Positions 19,278 through 31,027 of a stretch of DNA of 50,467 bases are shown piece by piece. The translations under genes and the position numbers were made by a program. The stretch spans positions 1 to 50,467 of the forward strand of contig JAPUIH010000197.1 of NCBI GenBank assembly GCA_027297205.1, read 5' to 3'. This DNA comes from SAR324 cluster bacterium (GTDB lineage: Bacteria > SAR324 > JACQKK01). The notes below the pieces were generated by a model. That model searched no databases. It was not told the origin of the DNA and worked only from the letters and a program-made list of their open reading frames with translations. Positions within the stretch are counted from its first letter, which is position 1. Each line of letters opens with the position of its first letter.

Positions 19278-19770
19278 TGCGATCTTCCCGGCAAGGGGTT
19301 CGGCGCGGAGGTTCCTCTAGGCTTTAAGGTACCATGGTCCGGTAATAGTTGGAAAAGCGATCGCTCTCCGGACGGGCCGGGAACGAGCCGCAATGATAAA
19401 ATGCAACAAACAGACCGGAGATTTCGCAGGTCTTCTAATTTACTAGGGAATTTTCGCAACGAAAACCGGTATGAATCCGTTAAACAATTTACAAGCCGTG
19501 AGTTAATGGGTGCCGCGTACCGTCGGCTGGCATTTCAGCAGCAGCACGGCAAGCAGGACTGGCGGCGGGAGGGTGCAATCCGCATGATGGGGCGCGGACA
19601 CCACGGGCCTGGGATTCGAATCCTTTAGCAACTCATCGAACGAGTACGGCGCCCGCTCAGCCCATGCCACGGTAAGGGCCGGCTGGACCGCCACGTTCGC
19701 CCGGTAAAATTAGGCAACAATATTTACCTCCTTCGGTGCCTTTACCAAAACGCCGGAAGGCCGCTGAACC

Positions 19771-20124
19771 ATGAATGAACGCCGCATTTATTCACGCCTG
19801 AATTTCCCAGTGGAGTCCAGCCTGGTGGTGAAGGGCGATATCTATCCCACCACTATGGTGGATATCTCCGTGAAAGGGGCGCTTGTGGAGAAACCGAGCG
19901 GCTGGGTGGACGATGCAGATCGGGACGCGACGCTGCGTATCCAGTTGCAGGATTCGGACGTGGTTGTGGAAATGAAGGTGGAAGTGGTGCGCTCCAGCAG
20001 GGAACAGCTGGGGCTGCGCTGCAAATCCATCGACGTAGACAGCCTTACCCACTTGCGGCGTATTCTGGAGCTAAATCTGGGCGACCCGGAATTGGTGGAG
20101 CGGGAACTCCACAATCTCGACTGA
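19771..20124 (+). CDS. PilZ-domain protein (c-di-GMP receptor)
   Basis: 117 aa. RRIYSR (RxxxR) at residues 4-9 and DISVKG (DxSxxG) at the expected spacing. Confidence 0.8.
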   Translation: MNERRIYSRLNFPVESSLVVKGDIYPTTMVDISVKGALVEKPSGWVDDADRDATLRIQLQDSDVVVEMKVEVVRSSREQLGLRCKSIDVDSLTHLRRILELNLGDPELVERELHNLD

Positions 20125-20328
20125 TTCTGGGTTCCGGGCTCTTTTATCCTACCATCCTCACCCACGAAATCCGGGCTGGAGACCATTCCGGGACAATAGC
20201 CGGATTTTCCTGGCTTGACTTCGCATTCCCGCCGCCGATGAGAAATATTTCTACATATACATTTGAAATAAAACAACTTATTGTGATACAATTCTGTTTT
20301 CCGGCTGATTTGCGGGTCTGACGGCCCA

Positions 20329-20357
20329 TTGACAATCCCCAGGGTGTTGGTTACTTT
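20329..20357 (+). promoter_or_regulatory. Candidate sigma70 promoter for pyrG
   Basis: TTGACA (20329-20334), a 17-nt spacer, then TACTTT (20352-20357). About 110 nt upstream of ATG 20466. Confidence 0.4.
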
Positions 20358-20366
20358 GCATGGTAG

Positions 20367-23230
<2,864 letters not shown>

Positions 23231-23241
<11 letters not shown>

Positions 23242-24004
23242 GGGCAAATCCAAACGCAGCCGCGCCAAGGCGGTGGACCCAGCGGATTCTCTTCGCGCCG
23301 TTGGTTTGGTCAAGAGCTTTCGCCGCCGCCCTGTAGTCAACAATCTCAATATCGAAGTGGCACGGGGAGAGATTGTAGGGCTGCTGGGCCCCAACGGCGC
23401 GGGCAAGACCACCACATTCTACATGATCGCGGGCGTAATCCAGCCGGACCAAGGAGAAATATTCCTGGCCGGTGAAAACGTCACCAACAAACCAATCCAT
23501 CTGCGGGCCCGCAAGGGGCTGGGATACCTGCCCCAGGAACGCTCGGTATTCCGACGCCTTTCCGTCCAGAACAATCTGCTGGCCGTGCTGGAACAGACCG
23601 GCCTTTCCGCCGCGCACCGCCGGGAACGGATGGAGCGCGGATTGGAGGAGTTGGGACTCACCCAGATTCGCCACTCCAAGGGTTTCCAACTCTCCGGGGG
23701 CGAAAGCAGACGTGTTGAAATCGCCCGGGCTTTGGTGCTGGAGCCTTCCTTTATTCTGCTGGATGAACCCTTCGCGGGAGTGGACCCCATCGCCGTTCTG
23801 GACATCCAGGAAGTGATCAACCAAATCCGTGACAAGAATATCGGAGTGCTCATTACCGATCACAACGTTCGGGAAACACTGGGCATTACGGACCGCGCTT
23901 ACATCATCAACGAGGGTGCGGTGCTGGTCGAAGGGAAACCTAAGGATCTGGTGGGAAACAAGATCGCCCGGCGGATTTACCTGGGTGAAGAGTTCCACCT
24001 CTAA
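23231..24004 (+). CDS. lptB: LPS export ABC transporter ATP-binding protein LptB
   Basis: 257 aa. Walker A GPNGAGKTT, signature LSGGESRR, Walker B ILLDEP. Conserved position upstream of rpoN. Confidence 0.9.
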
Positions 24005-24161
24005 GATAGTTCCAAATCCGAGCTTGGAATTCCTCGCCAAGCGGTGTATCTCAATAGGCTATAGGCAAGAAAGATGCCATCGCGGTGCGGCTTCGCTGTA
24101 CGGATGTACTTTGTGTCCAAGATTAGACGTCACACTCCAGAAACCCCTTTGGAACGGGAAT

Positions 24162-25844
24162 ATGGCGCTGAACCTGAAGTTGCAGATGCGGCTGAGCCAA
24201 CAGCTCATCATGACGCCGCAATTACAACAGGCGATCAAGCTGCTGCAGCTTTCCAGGACGGAACTGGAGGAATTGATCGAACAGGCGCTGATAGAAAATC
24301 CGGTGCTGGAAGAGGGTGACGGGAGCGAGGATAGCGATGCGGCGGAGGAGCCGGGCGACATCACGGAAATGACCGAGCGTGTCGGCGAGGCAATTAAAGA
24401 CAACGAGCGGCCCGAAAACGATCTGGACTGGGAACAATACATTGCCTCGGGGAGTGGCGTGATCCCCGAAACCTACAGCCGCGCCAGCGGAGACGAGCCG
24501 AGTCTGGAGGCCACCCTTGCCAGTGCGAACACTCTGCAGGAGCATCTCCTGTGGCAATTGGAAATGACGTCCCTGTCCGAGTTGGAAAAGGAAATCGGGG
24601 AGCAACTGATCGGCAACCTCGACGATGACGGATACCTGACCATCAGTATCCAGGAATTGCTGGAAAGCTCGGCAAACCTGCAAAAGCGGATTGAGGGCGA
24701 TCTAAAGAAGAATCGCTTCACTCTGCCCATGCTGGAAGAGCTGGACGCCGACTGTTTTACCCGGAAACATCTTGCATCCAGGCCGGCTCCGGATAGAAAG
24801 AAAAAGAAGAAGGCGCCCCCTCAGTTTGAGGAAGAGGAAGGAGCCGAGGAGCGGACACCCCAGACCCCACAAGTCATGTTCAACCAGGAGGCCGGCGCGG
24901 CAGTGGAGACAGTTCTATGCCAAATCCAGAATTTCGATCCCACCGGCGTATGCGCCCGCAGCCTGCAGGAGTGCCTGGAAATCCAACTGACCGTACTAGG
25001 GCTGGGCGACGATCTGGCGTTTCGGATCGTCCATGAAGACCTCAAACTGCTGGAGAACAAGGACCTGCGGAAGATCGCGCGGCGGCGCAAAGCGGATCTG
25101 CAGCGAGTGATCGACGCCTACAAACTGATCATGGCCCTTGAGCCAAAGCCCGGCCGGCCCTTTGGCGAGGATCGTGCCCAGCACATCATTCCCGATGTGT
25201 TTATCTACAAGTATCACTCCGAAACAGAAGAGGGCGAGGACCGGGTGGGGGATTACCGTGTGGTGCTCAACGAATCCGGTCTGCCACGCCTGCGCGTCAG
25301 CAACTACTACCAGGGCATTGCGGAACAGAACAAATCGGACTCCTCACTCACTCATGAGTACATTCGGGAAAAGATCAAGGCCGGCAACTGGTTGATGAAG
25401 AGCATTGAACAGCGGCAAAAAACGATCTTCCGGGTGACCAAGAGCATTCTCAAGCATCAGCACAAATTCTTCGATATGGGCATCGATTATCTGCGTCCCC
25501 TGGTGCTGAAGGACATTGCTGAAGATATTGAAGTGCATGAGTCCACCGTCAGCCGCATTACCACCAACAAATACGTGCACACGCCCCAGGGCATATATGA
25601 GCTAAAGTATTTTTTTACCAGCGGGATTGACCAGGGCTTTGGCGAAATCGTTTCATCCAAGAAAATCAAGGACATGATTCAGCGCATAATCAACAGCGAA
25701 GACGCCCGCGAACCCTATACGGACATCCAGATCGCCGAACAACTCTCCGACGATAGCAAGATCAAGGTGGCCCGGCGCACCGTGGCCAAATACCGGGAAG
25801 CCCTAAATCTTTTGCCGTCCAATAAGCGCAAACAGTTGTTTTAG
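24162..25844 (+). CDS. rpoN: RNA polymerase sigma-54 factor
   Basis: Trimmed from 23829 to ATG 24162. Region I MALNLKLQMRLSQQLIMTPQLQQAIKLLQLS, an acidic region II, and the RpoN box ARRTVAKYRE. At 560 aa it is longer than usual because of an insertion containing RKKKKKAPPQFEEEEGAEE. Confidence 0.95.
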   Translation: MALNLKLQMRLSQQLIMTPQLQQAIKLLQLSRTELEELIEQALIENPVLEEGDGSEDSDAAEEPGDITEMTERVGEAIKDNERPENDLDWEQYIASGSGVIPETYSRASGDEPSLEATLASANTLQEHLLWQLEMTSLSELEKEIGEQLIGNLDDDGYLTISIQELLESSANLQKRIEGDLKKNRFTLPMLEELDADCFTRKHLASRPAPDRKKKKKAPPQFEEEEGAEERTPQTPQVMFNQEAGAAVETVLCQIQNFDPTGVCARSLQECLEIQLTVLGLGDDLAFRIVHEDLKLLENKDLRKIARRRKADLQRVIDAYKLIMALEPKPGRPFGEDRAQHIIPDVFIYKYHSETEEGEDRVGDYRVVLNESGLPRLRVSNYYQGIAEQNKSDSSLTHEYIREKIKAGNWLMKSIEQRQKTIFRVTKSILKHQHKFFDMGIDYLRPLVLKDIAEDIEVHESTVSRITTNKYVHTPQGIYELKYFFTSGIDQGFGEIVSSKKIKDMIQRIINSEDAREPYTDIQIAEQLSDDSKIKVARRTVAKYREALNLLPSNKRKQLF

Positions 25845-25960
25845 GGCGTGGCCGGCCGGGCGGAGAGCGGCCGCGGTGCGGACAGGATTTTTGTACCGGG
25901 CTCGGCCCTCGCACGTTAAATAGTTAATGGGGAGGACATAATGGAGGTGAGTGGGGCGAG

Positions 25961-26494
25961 GTGGCAAGCGGTGCCTCGTGGACCGCGTCTGGCGTGCCAA
26001 ATTGTTTCACGCACCTTTTTCAACCCGTTGGTATACAAATTTTGAAGCAGTATCTGAACAAAAACAACGTCCGGCTGAATCTCAACGCCACCACCAAGCA
26101 GGAAATTCTGGCTGAACTGGTGCAGGCGCTGGTGGAAAACGGCATCGTCCGGGAAAGCGCTCCCTTGCTCGACGCGCTGCTGGATAGGGAAGAACTGGGT
26201 TCCACGGGAATCGGCTGCGGTGTGGCGATTCCTCACGTAAGATGCCAGGAAATCTCCAAGCCAGCCGTTGTGTTCGGACGCACGCATCAGGAAATTGAGT
26301 TCGATTCAATTGATGGCAAGCCCGCCAGAATTTTTTTCCTGCTGGTTGCACCGGAAAACGGGGGGAATGATCATTTGCACCTGCTGGCAAAAATCGCCCG
26401 TCTCATGAAAGACGCGGAAACCCGCGACATGCTGCTGAGCGTGGAATCACCCGAGGAATTAGTGGTGTTTTTCGCCGCGCAGGATGCCCAATAA
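25961..26494 (+). CDS. ptsN: PTS EIIA-Ntr-type nitrogen regulatory protein PtsN
   Basis: PTS_EIIA_2 pattern: NATTKQEILAELV..., phosphorylatable His in GIGCGVAIPHVR, and FFLLVAP. The start is uncertain: ATG 25961 or TTG 26042. Confidence 0.8.
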   Translation: MASGASWTASGVPNCFTHLFQPVGIQILKQYLNKNNVRLNLNATTKQEILAELVQALVENGIVRESAPLLDALLDREELGSTGIGCGVAIPHVRCQEISKPAVVFGRTHQEIEFDSIDGKPARIFFLLVAPENGGNDHLHLLAKIARLMKDAETRDMLLSVESPEELVVFFAAQDAQ

Positions 26495-26545
26495 TCGCGG
26501 GTAAGCGCTGGGCCTACGCAACAGGCCGCCGGGATGGGTGGGCTT

Positions 26546-26956
26546 ATGAAGAAAAGCAGCATCGGCGTTATCGTCGCCAGTCATGGCACATTGGGCGAAG
26601 TTCTGGTAGAAACCACGGGAAAGATTCTGGGACACCAGACAGACCTACAGCCTTTCAGCTTTCTCGATGGAGAGGAGCCCAAGGATTCTTACCAGCGCTT
26701 ACAGTCGTTAATTAAAAAATGCGACAAGGGGTCCGGAGTGCTGATCCTGGTGGACCTGTTCGGCGGAACGCCGGGCTCCCTGGCTCTGTCCATGCTGGAT
26801 GACCGGCAGATCGAAGTCGTTACTGGCGTGAACCTGCCCATGACGATGACCGCGGCTACGCTCGATCCCAAGTTCGATCTGCACGCGGCGAGCGCTGCGG
26901 TGGTTTCTGTGGGGAGCAATTCGATCAAAGATGCCGGCAGGCTCTTGAAACAATAA
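26546..26956 (+). CDS. PTS EIIA component, mannose/fructose (EIIA-Man) family
   Basis: MKKSSIGVIVASHGTLGE contains the active-site His. Also VLILVDLFGGTP. The track start 26534 is an alternative. Confidence 0.8.
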   Translation: MKKSSIGVIVASHGTLGEVLVETTGKILGHQTDLQPFSFLDGEEPKDSYQRLQSLIKKCDKGSGVLILVDLFGGTPGSLALSMLDDRQIEVVTGVNLPMTMTAATLDPKFDLHAASAAVVSVGSNSIKDAGRLLKQ

Positions 26957-27047
26957 CCATCCGGCAGGAACAGCCGTATATTATTCCGCGCCCGACGGCG
27001 CAAGCGCAGGTCTTGCCACCAGGCGCCGCAACATTCGAGGAAATCCA

Positions 27048-27740
27048 ATGGGAATCCTTTCGCGTTTCATTACGGTGGTGCGCTCCAATATCAACGCAAT
27101 GCTAAACAGGGCCGAAGATCCCACAAAGATGCTGGATCAGACCCTGATTGACATGGATGCCGCTTACCGCAAGGCGAAGGACCAGGTGGCCCGTTCGGTG
27201 GCGGATGAGAAGCGCCTGCAGAAGTCCTTCGCGGACCAGAAAAATGAGGCCGCCAAGTGGAGCGAGCGCGCGGTCAAGGCCGTGGAAAAGGGAGACGACG
27301 ATCTGGCCAAGGAAGCCCTGATGCGCAAGGGGGAACATACACGCATGAGCCTCCAGTTTGAACACGAACTGGGCGCCCACCAGGAAAACGTGGCCAACCT
27401 CAAGAACAGCCTGCACGAGCTGGAGAGCCGCATCGCCGAAATAAAACGCAAGAAAAACCTGCTCGTCTCCAAGCAGAAGCGCGCCCAGGCCCAGGATCAG
27501 ATATACAAAACAATGGAGGGCATCCAGGATACGGGGGCCGTCGATACCATCAACCGCATGGAAGAGAAAATCGAGGAGATGTCCCATCTCGCCGATGCCC
27601 GCATGGAGCTAAGCGAGGAGTTTTCGGGGGATGCCCTGGAAAAGAAATTTGCCGAGCTGGGCCCCGGAGAAGACGTGGATGCGGAATTGCTGGAGCTGAA
27701 GCAACAACTGAAGCTGGAAGATAAATCCGGCAATTCCTAG
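27048..27740 (+). CDS. pspA: PspA/IM30 family protein (phage shock protein A-like)
   Basis: 230 aa. MGILSRFITVVRSNINAMLNRAEDPTKMLDQTLIDM N-terminus and long coiled coil typical of PspA. No pspBC genes are adjacent. Confidence 0.9.
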   Translation: MGILSRFITVVRSNINAMLNRAEDPTKMLDQTLIDMDAAYRKAKDQVARSVADEKRLQKSFADQKNEAAKWSERAVKAVEKGDDDLAKEALMRKGEHTRMSLQFEHELGAHQENVANLKNSLHELESRIAEIKRKKNLLVSKQKRAQAQDQIYKTMEGIQDTGAVDTINRMEEKIEEMSHLADARMELSEEFSGDALEKKFAELGPGEDVDAELLELKQQLKLEDKSGNS

Positions 27741-27856
27741 CGCCCCAAAATTCCGGCGATTCCATTACTCGCTTGAGCCAGTGCCACTGGCCGCCCCTTT
27801 GCGGTCTCCCGCGGGACTTCGCCGCCCTCACCTCTTCCAGCGGGCCACACGCTCCC

Positions 27857-28618
27857 TCATCCTCCCAGATAGCCCATCAAACCGGTGATCACCCATACGT
27901 CATACAGGGCATGGGAGTAAGCTGTGATGGCAAATCCACGCAGATAATACAGGATCGTAAAGAGCAGCCCCGCCATCCAGCGAAACAGGAACCCATGCAG
28001 TTCAAGAGCTTCCCCTAGGGGCCCCACGTAGTGGGCCAGGGAAAACAGAAAGGCCGCGGCCGTGATGGCCAGCGCCGCTCCTACCCAGCTCCTGCTGAGC
28101 AGCCGGGTCAGAAACAGTAGCGCGCTCAGCAGAATCACCCGGAAGAACAACTCCTCGAACAATCCTGCGCCGATTGATAAGGCCAGTCCCTGAATCAGCC
28201 CCCCTTCCCGGGGAATCGCCGCAGGCGGCGGCGAGAGCAGAGCCTCGGTAAGCAACGGCTGGAAAAAAGAAAAAATAAAAGCGAGGATATAGTTGATGAC
28301 GATTCCCAGGGCGAAGCCATAGGCGACTGCCTCGATAAACATCGTCCCAAAATAGCTGGGCACCAGCCGCACCGCTCCGGAGCGCAGCAGGGGTATCGCC
28401 AGGATCAATATTAGAATCATGCCCAGGGTGGCTGTCACGGGCGAGACCCCGAAGCTCACGAATATCATGCGCAGCCAAACATCCGCCGCGTTGCGCACCT
28501 GACCCTGGGAGATATCGCCGCCGGACATGGTGAGCAACAACTCGTAAGCGATCAACAGGGGAATGGCTGCTACCACCCCATAATAGGCGCTGCGAGAATA
28601 AATGAAGTATCTGGACAT
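27857..28618 (-). CDS. CPBP-family intramembrane glutamic endopeptidase (CAAX protease-like)
   Basis: 253-aa polytopic protein. Motif 1 GLFEELFFRV (EExxxR) and motif FSLAHY. Confidence 0.8.
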   Translation of the reverse strand: MSRYFIYSRSAYYGVVAAIPLLIAYELLLTMSGGDISQGQVRNAADVWLRMIFVSFGVSPVTATLGMILILILAIPLLRSGAVRLVPSYFGTMFIEAVAYGFALGIVINYILAFIFSFFQPLLTEALLSPPPAAIPREGGLIQGLALSIGAGLFEELFFRVILLSALLFLTRLLSRSWVGAALAITAAAFLFSLAHYVGPLGEALELHGFLFRWMAGLLFTILYYLRGFAITAYSHALYDVWVITGLMGYLGG

Positions 28619-28767
28619 GGGTTTGAGGTGATGGACGTACGGCTGCCGAAAATCCGGGTCTTGTCATATCATTCCGCCGCGCGGTGAGTCCAGCCTGTTC
28701 GTTCAGGCGCGGAGGCCCGCTCCGGCAAGGCTTGGTGGAAGCGCCATTCCCGAATCCGGAATCGTCA

Positions 28768-29364
28768 ATGCTGAGAATTACGGGAGGCACGCTACGGGGC
28801 AGGCGCATTGCCACCCCCAAGGGCAGGATGACCCGTCCCACGGCGGAAAAAGTGCGCGAAGGAATATTCAACACCCTTGGTTCCCTCGTCGATCTTGAAG
28901 GCGCCGTGGTGCTCGATCTTTATGCAGGCTCGGGCGCCCTGGGAATCGAGGCCCTCAGCCGCGGCGCGGGGCAGGTGGTGTTCCTGGAAGCCCACGCCCG
29001 CACGGCCGCGGCCATCCGCGCCAACCTGAAATCCCTGGGCGTGCCGCCCTCCCAATGGCGGGTAATCACTGCCCGCGTGGAAAGCTGGCTGGGCAAGCCC
29101 CAGATTCCAGAAGGTGTGCTGGTGATCCTGGCCGATCCACCCTACGCGTCCGGTGAAGCGGAGCGCGCGCTGGAGGCCCTGGCCCGTGCCACCGCGGTGC
29201 CAAGCGGCACAAACATCGTGTTGGAAGCTGCCGCGCGGAGTGCCCCGGAGCTTCCGGCCGGCCTTGAAATCTTACGGGTGAAACGTTATGGTGACACCCA
29301 GGTTGTATATCTCGCAAAGACCGAAATTCCGGCACTCCACTCGGTTGAAGGCACGCCCTCGTGA
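28768..29364 (+). CDS. rsmD: 16S rRNA (guanine966-N2)-methyltransferase RsmD
   Basis: Trimmed from 28684 to ATG 28768 (MLRITGGTLRGRRIATPKGRMTRPTAEKVRE). SAM motif DLYAGSGALGIEALSRGA, and DPPY. Confidence 0.85.
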   Translation: MLRITGGTLRGRRIATPKGRMTRPTAEKVREGIFNTLGSLVDLEGAVVLDLYAGSGALGIEALSRGAGQVVFLEAHARTAAAIRANLKSLGVPPSQWRVITARVESWLGKPQIPEGVLVILADPPYASGEAERALEALARATAVPSGTNIVLEAAARSAPELPAGLEILRVKRYGDTQVVYLAKTEIPALHSVEGTPS

Positions 29365-30107
29365 ACCGGCTGTTCCTCTCATTGTTGTTGTTCCTGCTGA
29401 TTCCTCTCGTCTCTTCCGGGAGCCAGGAGATCGGCGCTTTCTTCACCAAGGTCAACACCTACGTCTATTCCAAAGCCCCTGGACAGGGCAAGCGGATCCT
29501 GGTGCGCCCCAGGCAGGCTTTCGCGGTCGCCGTCCTGGATACGGACGGCCAGGACCGGCTCTGGCTGCAGATTGTGCATCCAAAAATAAGCAGCAAAATA
29601 AAGGGAACCGGGTGGACTCCCCTGGCCCCTCACGAGTTGCGCAACGCGGGCAACAGGCGGGTGGAGATTTTTGACGCCGTTTTTGAGGAGGAGAGCACAC
29701 TTCCCAGCAGTATTATGGTACGGGCCTCGAACGTGGAACTGCTGAACCTCACCCAGGCCAGCGAAAAGTTTCCCCAGATTACATGGCAAAAAGTAAAGTA
29801 CGTGTCGGAAGAACCCTTGCGTCTCTGGATCAGGGGCACCACGGGAATATTTCGTCCGGGCAAGACCTCCAAATTTTTGCGCCGGGTTTACGTGGAGATG
29901 GTATCCCGCAATCTCCCCAAGGAAAAACTGAACCGGCTACTGGCAGGCGTGGTGAGAGTGGGCGACGACACCTGGGAGGTGGAAAGGGCCCTGGGCCGCC
30001 CCCTGCGGGTACAGAGTGATCCCGGAACGGCGGAAGGCCGGGTGACCTGGGAGTACTATTCGCTGGTGGTTCATTTTAAAAACGACGTGGTGGATCAGAT
30101 CAACTAG
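29361..30107 (+). CDS. Exported hypothetical protein; the C-terminus resembles a BamE/SmpA_OmlA-like fold
   Basis: The GTG start overlaps the rsmD stop (GTGA). Signal peptide MNRLFLSLLLFLLIPLVSSG. C-terminal VRVGDDTWEVERALGRPL...VTWEYYSLVVHFKNDVVDQI. The fold assignment is inference only. Confidence 0.6.
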   Translation: MNRLFLSLLLFLLIPLVSSGSQEIGAFFTKVNTYVYSKAPGQGKRILVRPRQAFAVAVLDTDGQDRLWLQIVHPKISSKIKGTGWTPLAPHELRNAGNRRVEIFDAVFEEESTLPSSIMVRASNVELLNLTQASEKFPQITWQKVKYVSEEPLRLWIRGTTGIFRPGKTSKFLRRVYVEMVSRNLPKEKLNRLLAGVVRVGDDTWEVERALGRPLRVQSDPGTAEGRVTWEYYSLVVHFKNDVVDQIN

Positions 30108-30154
30108 GGTATGAACTTGTCGCAGCAATCCCAATATTTAGGTAGTTACACGGC

Positions 30155-31027
30155 ATGAGTGTCGCAGAGGAGGCCTTGGAACATTTGCTTCAGGGCAATA
30201 CCGTGGAAGCGCGGCGCCTGCTGGCAACCCACGCAGATTCCACGGAGGAACCTTGCGCCACCACTAACGCGGTGCTGACCACGGCGGTGGATGACGCAGG
30301 CACGATGCGCATCCAGGAGGAGAAAGCGCGGCATTTGAACCTGCTCTCCCAGGCAGACGGGCGGGAGCGGGCGCTGCTGCTCTACAATCTGGGTTGCTTC
30401 GCGCTCTATCAGGAAGATATTCTCACCGCCAAACTGCGCTTTGGAGAAGCTGCGCGGCTGCAGCCCAATCACTTGCCCACTCTGATAAACCTGGCTTGCG
30501 CCCACGAGTTGATGGCGGATTTCGACGACGCCGCGGCGGAACTGGAACGGGCGCTCATGCTGGACCCCGCCAGTCCGCTGGCCCGATTGAACCGGGCCCT
30601 GCTGCGGAATTCCATGGGCGAGACCGGCGAGGGAATACAGGCGTTACGTATATTGGCGGCGGAAAATGAAGAGAACCCTGGGATTGCCCTTCATTATTGC
30701 CGGGCGTTGCTGAGCCAGCCCAGCGCGGAAAACGGAACCGAGGCACGGGAGCTGATCGAGAGGCATCCGGAATTAATGGAACACAAGGAGTTGAAGGAGT
30801 GCCTCGCTTTCGCCTGTTACCGCAGCGGGGAGCTGGAAGCAGCCGGTCAGCTGTTCAGCGAACTACTGGCCGAGAACGAGTCTCGTCTGTTTCCGCGCAT
30901 GGGACTGATCAAAGTGCTGGTGGCCCAGGACCGGTTCGAAGAGGCCCTCCCGCATCTGGAGCGCTATCAGGAGCACGCGCCCTCCAGCGAAGTCGATGAA
31001 GTAATTGCCAAGGTCAGGGGAATGTGA
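30155..31027 (+). CDS. TPR-repeat protein
   Basis: 290 aa. Repeated TPR units (ALLLYNLGCFALYQEDILTAKLRFGEAARLQPNH..., AAAELERALMLDPAS...). Confidence 0.7.
   Translation: MSVAEEALEHLLQGNTVEARRLLATHADSTEEPCATTNAVLTTAVDDAGTMRIQEEKARHLNLLSQADGRERALLLYNLGCFALYQEDILTAKLRFGEAARLQPNHLPTLINLACAHELMADFDDAAAELERALMLDPASPLARLNRALLRNSMGETGEGIQALRILAAENEENPGIALHYCRALLSQPSAENGTEARELIERHPELMEHKELKECLAFACYRSGELEAAGQLFSELLAENESRLFPRMGLIKVLVAQDRFEEALPHLERYQEHAPSSEVDEVIAKVRGM

Noticed and set aside
19612-19623. GGATTCGAATCC, reminiscent of a tRNA or tmRNA T-arm (GGTTCGAATCC).
   Set aside because: The flanking bases do not complete a 5-bp T-stem on either strand. No acceptor, D or anticodon arms can be built around it.
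23829-24161. 5' extensions of track ORFs: rpoN 23829-24161, secA 10862-10933, transporter 11173-11280, rsmD 28684-28767, LptA-like 21967-22065 and MFS 49859-50152.
   Set aside because: The extensions overlap upstream genes or divergent promoters and have atypical composition. Each precedes an internal start that reproduces the canonical family N-terminus.
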